Notes under the pieces: model-generated
Database searches by the model: none
What the model was told of the DNA's origin: nothing
What the model saw: the letters and a program-made list of their open reading frames with translations, nothing else
Part shown: in pieces, positions 57,414 to 64,000 of the stretch
Position numbering within the stretch: the first letter of the stretch is position 1
Layout of the letters: each line of letters opens with the position of its first letter
Position numbers and translations under genes: made by a program
Assembly (NCBI GenBank): GCA_039799905.1
Contig: JBDLRP010000041.1
Span: 64,001-128,000, forward strand
Direction of reading: 5' to 3'
Length of the DNA: 64,000 nt
Source of the DNA: Pseudomonadota bacterium
Lineage (GTDB): Bacteria; Bdellovibrionota_B; Oligoflexia; Silvanigrellales; Silvanigrellaceae

Positions 57414-58106
57414 TTAATTTTCTCCCTGCACACCCGTCAGTGCTTCCGTGACTTGACGGGTTATTCCAACCGCAAGAAACCACCCCTCGTGCCTCAGCAG
57501 CGGATACGCGACTGACTCTGTTCCGACAGCCGACTGTTCTCCCACCAACTGGTCTGCGGCCAGCCGCCATCCGGCAATCACCGCGAGGGCGTTTTTCCTC
57601 TGAAGGCCGACCTCCAGTTGTGCGCTCAACGACAGTTGATCGGGAACTGCGCCCTCGAACTCCGCTTGAGTCTGTGAAACCTTCCACTTGAAATACGGAT
57701 ACCAGACAGCCCCGAATTCACCGATGAGCAACAAACGCGCGTCAGTGCCGATGTTCTGGACTATCCCAGCCGAAAGCGGCGGCAAAATGACGGCAAACTT
57801 GGGCTCGAAGCCATCCCGCGATGTTCGGTCGAGAATGCCGTGGAAAGACGTGCCAAGCGTCAGCCCTGTCCACTGAAACAACTGAAAATGGTAACCGTAG
57901 CTCACACTCGAGAGAAAATTGAAACGCTCCGTCGTCAAAGGCTTTTCCAACGGCTCCAAATTCAGCGTCCAGCGAGATTGCTGGATGCCTGCGGCGACAG
58001 TTATATTGTGACCGGGTCGAAACGAACCCCTGTACCCGCCGCCGCTTGTCTGGGCGAACGCAGGGAAACAAATGAAGGCTGCTGATAACATGAATATTCG
58101 CCGCAT
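57414..58106 (-). CDS. Hypothetical outer-membrane beta-barrel-like protein
   Basis: Signal peptide ending AFA, amphipathic strands, GWFLAVGI near the C-terminus. Confidence 0.65.
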   Translation of the reverse strand: MRRIFMLSAAFICFPAFAQTSGGGYRGSFRPGHNITVAAGIQQSRWTLNLEPLEKPLTTERFNFLSSVSYGYHFQLFQWTGLTLGTSFHGILDRTSRDGFEPKFAVILPPLSAGIVQNIGTDARLLLIGEFGAVWYPYFKWKVSQTQAEFEGAVPDQLSLSAQLEVGLQRKNALAVIAGWRLAADQLVGEQSAVGTESVAYPLLRHEGWFLAVGITRQVTEALTGVQGEN

Positions 58107-58635
58107 GAATTTTTTCCTTTGGTATCTTGTTATCGCAGCACCATTTCATCTGCTCGGCCTTCAGTTTTATTTCTCTTCAAAAGGAACGCTTTTGTCGAGT
58201 GCCATTGCCGCCGCCTTTGGCGCTCTGTTGATACCAGCGGGCTACAAGCACACAGGCCTGCAGCCTACATTGACATTGATCTCGCCCTTTTTACTGATTG
58301 CCTGCTTCTACCTTTCGTTCCCGACCCACCAGACAATGCTTTTTGGTCTGGCGGTTATCAGCCTGTCGGCCGGACTGCAGATTGTCACCCAGACAAAACA
58401 CACCGTCATGGGCGGAGGACGCGGCGAGTTGTCGCTGATCCTGAAGTCAGCTGCAGACCCGCTGTTACTTAAAAACTATCAGCTCGCATGCAAGGCGTGG
58501 GCTGCGGCTGGCATTGTCACAGTTCTTGTCTCATCTGCCATCGCCTCACAGTGGACCGCATTTCTCTTGCCCGCGGCAATTGCGGTCATCCTTTCTTCAG
58601 TGATAAATTCTCCGCATGCCAAGGAGAACCGATGA
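58105..58635 (+). CDS. Hypothetical integral membrane protein (about 6 TM)
   Basis: Hydrophobic ORF (open from 58072); its stop overlaps the next start (ATGA). Confidence 0.6.
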   Translation: MNFFLWYLVIAAPFHLLGLQFYFSSKGTLLSSAIAAAFGALLIPAGYKHTGLQPTLTLISPFLLIACFYLSFPTHQTMLFGLAVISLSAGLQIVTQTKHTVMGGGRGELSLILKSAADPLLLKNYQLACKAWAAAGIVTVLVSSAIASQWTAFLLPAAIAVILSSVINSPHAKENR

Positions 58636-58931
58636 AAAGCATTCCAGATGAGCTGAAAAAGCTTCAAGAGTCGCTGTCAGATGTTGCCCGCATCGGACAG
58701 CAGGAAGTGATACGCGGAGTAGAAGTTGCCAAACGCCAGCTTTCCAAAATGCAGCAACTCAACCGGCGCAAGGAACTCTTCGCTGAACTGGGCCGATCGT
58801 TTTATGACTGGCACGAGGATGGACTGCCCGAACCCCTTCGCAAAATCATCAGCGAGACCGAACTCTCGGAGATCATCACCGAGATCCGCGAAATCGATGA
58901 ACAACTCAGTCAACTTGACAGCACTCCATGA
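58632..58931 (+). CDS. Small coiled-coil hypothetical protein
   Basis: MKSIPDELKK after AAGGAG; ELFAELGRSFY; ATGA overlaps at both ends. Confidence 0.75.
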   Translation: MKSIPDELKKLQESLSDVARIGQQEVIRGVEVAKRQLSKMQQLNRRKELFAELGRSFYDWHEDGLPEPLRKIISETELSEIITEIREIDEQLSQLDSTP

Positions 58932-60046
58932 TTGCAGATTCCGGCAAACGGCACATATACTTTACGATATTTCTGATTCTCGCAGTCATTTTCAGTCTGC
59001 TTTTTCTGCGTATCGTGATTGGTCCTTTTCTGCTTGCACTCGTTCTCTCGTGGCTTTTCAATCCAACAATCGAGCGACTCGAAAAACGCGGTGCACGCCG
59101 CACCTTTGTCGTGCTTTTTGTGTTGTCAATTATCATTACTCTCTTGTCGATTGCCGTGTGGTACATACTTCCGCTGGTCATGCACCAGCTCGAGCAGGTG
59201 ATCAAAACACTACCGCGCGCCAAACTTCACCTCGAACAAACCCTGTTGCCCAAATTGAAGCAAACGCTCACTCAATATGTCGGTCAATCGCGCCAGCTCG
59301 ACAATCTGCAGACCGTGATGAAAAACTATGAGCTGTCGCCCGATCTTATTCTTGAGACACTGTCGTTTTCACGCATCATCGACAACACCAGAATTGTTGC
59401 CGGCTGGGCTCTGGCGCTGATCCTCTCACCCATCTTTGCTTTCTTCCTGATGCGGGATTTTCGCAGACTGGTGCAAAAAGGTGTGCGGCTGATTCCGTTG
59501 GATCTCAGGCAGAGCGCTCGCACCTTCACTCTTCAGGTCGACCGCACGCTGCGCGCAGTGGTGCGCGGACAGCTGCTTGTGATTTCGCTTCTATCGACGC
59601 TCTACGCAGCCGCCTTTGCGATCGCCGGACTGCCCGGTGGAGTCGCGGTCGGAGTTCTGACGGGCATCGCACGGATCATTCCTTATCTGGACATCGTCGT
59701 CGGTGGCACACTGTCATTCCTCATCATCATCGCGAACAATTCGCCCACCTCGGTGATCGTCGGAGTGCTTATCTGCTTTGCCCTCATTCAGCTGCTCGAT
59801 GCGCTTTTGCTGACTCCAAAAATCATGGGCCAGTTTTCCGGATTGCATCCATTCATCATCATCATCTCAGTGTTGTGCTTTGGCGACTGGTTCGGCGTCT
59901 ATGGAGTCATCCTTGCCATACCGCTTGCAGCATTCGGACGGGTGGCTTTGCTGCATCTTTTGGATGCATACCGCTCGTCGCAATTCTATCGCGGCACCAG
60001 AAATGAAGTTCCGTCTGCAGAAATGCTCCCGAGGTATGAGGATTGA
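58928..60046 (+). CDS. AI-2E (PerM/UPF0118) family transporter
   Basis: PFLLALVLSWLFNP, VRGQL, IPYL, LTPKIMG...LHP, FGVYGVILAIP. Confidence 0.92.
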   Translation: MIADSGKRHIYFTIFLILAVIFSLLFLRIVIGPFLLALVLSWLFNPTIERLEKRGARRTFVVLFVLSIIITLLSIAVWYILPLVMHQLEQVIKTLPRAKLHLEQTLLPKLKQTLTQYVGQSRQLDNLQTVMKNYELSPDLILETLSFSRIIDNTRIVAGWALALILSPIFAFFLMRDFRRLVQKGVRLIPLDLRQSARTFTLQVDRTLRAVVRGQLLVISLLSTLYAAAFAIAGLPGGVAVGVLTGIARIIPYLDIVVGGTLSFLIIIANNSPTSVIVGVLICFALIQLLDALLLTPKIMGQFSGLHPFIIIISVLCFGDWFGVYGVILAIPLAAFGRVALLHLLDAYRSSQFYRGTRNEVPSAEMLPRYED

Positions 60047-60687
60047 ACAACAGCCTTCCGACAACCTGGAATCATCTTTTTGTGCAATACTCAGAGCATG
60101 CCTGGGACTCGCTGTTTCGTTTCTCGGTGAGCCTTTGTAAAGACGAGAATGAAGCCGAGGACCTCGTTCAACAGACGTTGCTCAAAGGCTTGCAGGCACT
60201 CCCAACCTTTTTCAAAAACAATTATGCAGCAGAGACGGTTGAAGATGCGGTGTCGTCTGCAGGCAGGCAGGGAGATTCCGAACTGCGCGCCCATCTGCTC
60301 AATTGGCTGCTCAAGATATGTCGAAATGTTTTTCTCGATTCTCGCGGTCGGGCTCATCGAAAATACAGTCACTTTTCGCTCGACGATTGGCAGGAAGAAG
60401 ACAACCAAGACGCAACGGGACAAACTGTTTCATCTGCCGCAGCAAGCCAGCACCCGACTGAACTCAACCTGAGCGATGCAGAAAATGCATTTTTTAAGGA
60501 CGCGCTTGATGATGACTGGAAAGAGCGATTCGAGCACTTGAATGCGCGACAACGAAGCATTATCTATCTCGCAGCTGAAGATTATAGTTATAAGGAAATC
60601 GCTCAGTTACTGGAAATCCCCATCGGCACCGTCATGAGTACGCTCAGCCGTGCAATAGCCAAGCTCAAAAAACCGGCAGCAACCTAA
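60043..60687 (+). CDS. ECF RNA polymerase sigma factor
   Basis: EAEDLVQQT, WLLKICRN, YSYKEIAQLLEIPIGTVMSTLSRA; TTG start overlaps the upstream stop. Confidence 0.92.
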   Translation: MNNSLPTTWNHLFVQYSEHAWDSLFRFSVSLCKDENEAEDLVQQTLLKGLQALPTFFKNNYAAETVEDAVSSAGRQGDSELRAHLLNWLLKICRNVFLDSRGRAHRKYSHFSLDDWQEEDNQDATGQTVSSAAASQHPTELNLSDAENAFFKDALDDDWKERFEHLNARQRSIIYLAAEDYSYKEIAQLLEIPIGTVMSTLSRAIAKLKKPAAT

Positions 60688-60694
60688 TTCTGGC

Positions 60695-60720
60695 GGAATA
60701 AATCGACCCGTTCAGTCGTA
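60695..60720 (+). promoter_or_regulatory. ECF-type promoter upstream of the anti-sigma gene
   Basis: GGAATA (60695-60700)-N16-CGTA (60717-60720). Confidence 0.55.
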
Positions 60721-60751
60721 GTCTCTTTAGTAGTTACCGAGGCTGTCCGTC

Positions 60752-61477
60752 ATGACCACAGACAACAAACAAAACCAACAAAGCCGTGCTTGGAAGAGCC
60801 AAGTGTCTGCTTTTTATGGTGAAAAGTCTGTGCGTCCGGCATTTCGCGACTCACTTCGGGAGACTCTGCTCAACACACCCGTCTTCGCGGCAGAGCCTGA
60901 ACCGAAAGCCAGCTTATCGGCCGCGCCAGCGCGAAACTGGTGGCCGGCAATTTTACTCAGTTCGTTGGTGAGCGCGGCAGTAGCCGCGTCGGTCACGTTT
61001 CTGTTGGTGGCAACTCCATTCGATGACCCTGCTGATCCCATTGCGGAATTGACTCAGCTGCCGGGTCCGAGGGTTTATCCGCCGGATTTCGACCTCGAGG
61101 GTGACTCACTGGCGATGCAAGACATCGTGTTCGACCTTTTTGCAGACAAAGACTTCTTTGTTTCAAAACTGCCGGCACAGGTTTTGGCTGAGTACAAACC
61201 CAGCGAAGGACGTTTTTTCTCGTGGGATGGTGAGCCGGCCGTGAGCATCCAGATGAACAAGAGCAATCCGCAAGAGCTGGCGAAGCTCAATCCGGATCCG
61301 GCAACATTGTTCATCGTCAAACTGTCGGAAAAATCGCAACGCAAGTTTCCCAAAGAAAAAACGACACGAAAATTGGCCGGTAAAGCTGGCAAAATGCACA
61401 AAGTTAAAATCTGGCGTGAGGGCAAGTATGGCTACGCCATGGTTCAGTCTGTCGCTGTCACCGAAAGCACACCCTGA
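60752..61477 (+). CDS. Putative membrane anti-sigma factor
   Basis: Short cytoplasmic N-terminus, single TM, periplasmic domain ending VKIWREGKYGYAMV; directly after the ECF sigma. Confidence 0.7.
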   Translation: MTTDNKQNQQSRAWKSQVSAFYGEKSVRPAFRDSLRETLLNTPVFAAEPEPKASLSAAPARNWWPAILLSSLVSAAVAASVTFLLVATPFDDPADPIAELTQLPGPRVYPPDFDLEGDSLAMQDIVFDLFADKDFFVSKLPAQVLAEYKPSEGRFFSWDGEPAVSIQMNKSNPQELAKLNPDPATLFIVKLSEKSQRKFPKEKTTRKLAGKAGKMHKVKIWREGKYGYAMVQSVAVTESTP

Positions 61478-61529
61478 CCTCTTGAGCTGATACTGGCACA
61501 CATTCAGCTCTGAACGCTCACAACAATAA

Positions 61530-63002
61530 TCAAACTCTTTTATACTTGCTGAAATCGGCGAGCATATGAATCTGCCCCAACAGCGTTCTGCGGAAATCCT
61601 GCAAATCCAGACTTTCGTTCTCGGAATGCGCGTTGGTGTATGGATCTTCGACGCCGACCAAAATTGCCGGAATTCCGCCGAGCTCCTCCGACAACGGCTG
61701 CACGAACGGGATGCTTGCGCCACAACCGATGAACTGTGTGCTGCGTCCGTAACCTTTTTCCAACGAACGCGCGGCAATCTGATAGGCTGGTTCGTTGAGA
61801 TCGTTCACACACCACCAGTTGCTTGCAGACTGAGGATGCAGCTTCAACTTAAATCCTGCCGGAACGTGTTGCCGCAAATGCGATTCGAGCGCGGCGAGAA
61901 CCTTTTCGGGCTTCATGTCGGGTACAATGCGAATCGACACCCTTGCCCACGCTCCATCCTGAATGACGTTGCTGACGAGCTTACGACTTCCGCTTTGAAT
62001 CGCGTTGACGCTCAACGCAGGCGCACGCCACAACGCTTCCGCAAATCCTGATTCGGGAACGACAAAAGGCAGGTCCTCAATCAAGCCGGTTGCACGGCGG
62101 GCGAGTTCGGCCATGCGCAACGATTCGAAACTTTTCTTTTCTGCAGAGCTTAAAGGGCGAACATCATCATAAATGCCGCTGATAGCCATGCGTCCCGAGG
62201 CGTCGGTCAAAGTACCCAGCAATTTACTCAAAGCAAGAACGGGATCTGGAAGAATCCCTCCCCAGAGGCCGGAGTGAACAGGATGCGAAAGTGCCTCAAG
62301 CTCAACATCCAAAGCCACCAGACCGCGCAGGGCGGTGGTTACACTCGGTATGCCGGAATCGATGTTCGCGCAGTCGGTCAGAATCATCGCGTCGGCATCG
62401 AGAATATGACGGTAGCGCCTGACAAACTCCGCGAGATGGTGGCTGCCGGTTTCTTCTTCTCCCTCAATCAAAACTTTCACATTGACCGGAAGCTCACCTG
62501 ATGTTTTCAAAAACGATGCGATGGCGGCCACATGAGCAAGTATTCCCGCTTTATCGTCGGCTGCACCACGTCCATACAGACGTCCCTGCGCAACGGTCGG
62601 AGTAAAGGGCTGTGACTTCCATTTTTCATCTCGCCCTGGCGGTTGCACGTCGTGATGCGCATAGAGAAGAAGCGTTGGTGCGTCTTTCTTGTGGACCCAT
62701 TCACCGTAGACGTAGGGATGAACGTCGCCGAACGACAACAGCTCGACCTTGTCGAGACCGGCGTGGCGCAGCGACTCGGCGGTGGCCTCGGCACTCAATT
62801 TAAGTTGGCGGGGGTCAAAACCATCCAAGCTAACACTCGGAATTTTGACCAGAGTTTCGAGTTCCGACAGCCATCCGGACATATGTTTTTCACAATAATC
62901 CAGCGCTTTTTCCGTCGCTTCGGATGGAGCCGTCACGTACAGGGGCTCACCTTTTTCATTGCGGCAGCCACACGTCGGACCATGTTTATGCTGACTGTTC
63001 AT
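61530..63002 (-). CDS. M20 family dipeptidase (M20/M25/M40 metallohydrolase)
   Basis: YAHHDVQP, GRGAADDK, EGEEE, HSG, GASIP, AHSENE. Confidence 0.93.
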   Translation of the reverse strand: MNSQHKHGPTCGCRNEKGEPLYVTAPSEATEKALDYCEKHMSGWLSELETLVKIPSVSLDGFDPRQLKLSAEATAESLRHAGLDKVELLSFGDVHPYVYGEWVHKKDAPTLLLYAHHDVQPPGRDEKWKSQPFTPTVAQGRLYGRGAADDKAGILAHVAAIASFLKTSGELPVNVKVLIEGEEETGSHHLAEFVRRYRHILDADAMILTDCANIDSGIPSVTTALRGLVALDVELEALSHPVHSGLWGGILPDPVLALSKLLGTLTDASGRMAISGIYDDVRPLSSAEKKSFESLRMAELARRATGLIEDLPFVVPESGFAEALWRAPALSVNAIQSGSRKLVSNVIQDGAWARVSIRIVPDMKPEKVLAALESHLRQHVPAGFKLKLHPQSASNWWCVNDLNEPAYQIAARSLEKGYGRSTQFIGCGASIPFVQPLSEELGGIPAILVGVEDPYTNAHSENESLDLQDFRRTLLGQIHMLADFSKYKRV

Positions 63003-63012
63003 TGCAGGTTCC

Positions 63013-63645
63013 TCACTGTCGGATGACTTCCCATGCCGCGTTCACTTGTTGAATCGCATCGGCGCCGAGTTGTGCGTTGTGATCCGGATGACAAAACTTG
63101 ACCATTTGGATGTAGCATTGCCTTCTTTCGGTATCGGTCATTCCCAATTCTACGCCCAATAGCTGCCGTGCCCATTCAGGGCTTCCCACTGGCCAGAATG
63201 AAGCTTTGTGCAGGCGAGCCTGAAAGGTCTCCGGACTCAGAGAAAAATCATTCTGCTGATCGGTATGCGCACCAACATCATCCAATTCGTCTTTGAATTT
63301 ATTAACCCGTGAGCGGAGATCTTTGAGTATCGCCTCTCTTTTTTCGAGGCGGGCCTTTCTTTCAAGTTTTTCGGAATTGCTGCGGACACGGGCTCGGCGG
63401 AATTGCGGGGATGGCTCATCCTGCTCCGCCACATCGTCGGACGCTTTTGTCGGAATTTCATTGTCGACAAGCGCGTTTTGCGCCAGCAAAGACTGCACGC
63501 TCGAGCTCACAGCCGAAAGTGCCAGACGAATCTGCGGGTCACGCAGCTCGGTGGGCGTGAGAGCCATAATCATTCTCAGACATTGTTCAACAGCGGCGCG
63601 GGCAGACGAATGCTCATTGCTTCTGCCAAAAACGTCGTCGGACAT
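63013..63645 (-). CDS. J-domain protein (C-terminal J domain)
   Basis: LLGV...YIQMVKFCHPDH...IQQVNAAWEVI with intact HPD; N-terminal helical/coiled-coil region. Confidence 0.8.
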   Translation of the reverse strand: MSDDVFGRSNEHSSARAAVEQCLRMIMALTPTELRDPQIRLALSAVSSSVQSLLAQNALVDNEIPTKASDDVAEQDEPSPQFRRARVRSNSEKLERKARLEKREAILKDLRSRVNKFKDELDDVGAHTDQQNDFSLSPETFQARLHKASFWPVGSPEWARQLLGVELGMTDTERRQCYIQMVKFCHPDHNAQLGADAIQQVNAAWEVIRQ

Positions 63646-63646
63646 A

Positions 63647-63693
63647 GCAAAAACCTCCACCCCACGGTGGTACCGCGGGAGCGGAGGCCTTGC
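63647..63693 (-). promoter_or_regulatory. Hairpin sequestering the SD of the J-domain gene (also terminator-like)
   Basis: Minus strand ggCCTCCgctcccgcggt-acc-accgtggggtGGAGGtt then ttt-gct-ATG. Confidence 0.65.
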
Positions 63694-63717
63694 AAGCCGA
63701 GCGGCCCGAAGTCAGGT

Positions 63718-63999
63718 TTAATCCACTAAACCAGCCTGACGTCCGGCACTCTTGAAATTGCTGAAAAGTTTCAGCTGATTTTCAGGGCGCTTGTAGGTGC
63801 GGGCATTTTGTCCGACAACATCGAATCCGTCATAAGGTAACAGACTCACGGGCTGCATACTCACACCAGCGCTGCTCACCGTATATCCTTGTGCCTTGCT
63901 GCTGCCCTGCAGAGCATTGACGTCGGTGGCAACGAAGATTCCACCCGGCGCGACCATCTGGCCGTTGCTCATCTTGGGACCATAGAAACTCACGACACC
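63718..63999 (-). CDS. Hypothetical protein, 3' end only
   Basis: Frame open from the window edge to TAA at 63718; no family recognised. Confidence 0.55.
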   Translation of the reverse strand, partial: GVVSFYGPKMSNGQMVAPGGIFVATDVNALQGSSKAQGYTVSSAGVSMQPVSLLPYDGFDVVGQNARTYKRPENQLKLFSNFKSAGRQAGLVD

Positions 64000-64000
64000 G

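Noticed and set aside
63666..63677. T-box riboswitch motif GGTGGTACCGCG on the plus strand
   Set aside because: Both flanking genes are on the minus strand, there is no stem I or downstream plus-strand gene, and the sequence is explained by the minus-strand hairpin.

Overview
A gene-dense, moderately GC-rich bacterial window. By gene content it is most likely Bdellovibrionota/Oligoflexia-like (inference from the Agl-Glt genes, TIGR04552-type protein and DUF1566 fibres). In order it holds: (1) a partial DUF2058 gene and an AT-rich intergenic region with an inverted DnaA-box pair; (2) STAS/Zn-ribbon, TrmH and M23 genes and a candidate rod-shaped ncRNA; (3) one contiguous 8-gene Agl-Glt gliding-type operon (aglRQS-like, barrel, gltC/D/E/G-like); (4) a RelA/SpoT-like TIGR04552 protein, a FAD/Fe-S oxidoreductase, a mutarotase-like gene and htpG; (5) a surface locus with a repeat lipoprotein, OM barrel, LysM-PT protein, a giant Ig/cadherin lipoprotein and a short partner sharing its C-terminal DUF1566/Lcl domain; (6) a long envelope operon (elbB, lolC/E, lolD, bamA, skp, lpxD, fabZ, lpxA, lpxB, msbA, lpxK, Nudix, wzz-like, scoAB, aroA); (7) a KamA radical SAM, a B12-binding CarH-like regulator, a tandem-FHA protein, DUF1844, greA, an AI-2E/ECF sigma/anti-sigma operon, an M20 peptidase and a J-domain gene whose SD lies inside a hairpin. 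I saw no mobile element, CRISPR array, tRNA or rRNA. The best candidates for undescribed biology are the paired-lectin fibre locus, the structured RNA at about 2.76-2.91 kb and the RelA-like enzyme. All family calls come from motif recognition by eye, not database searches.
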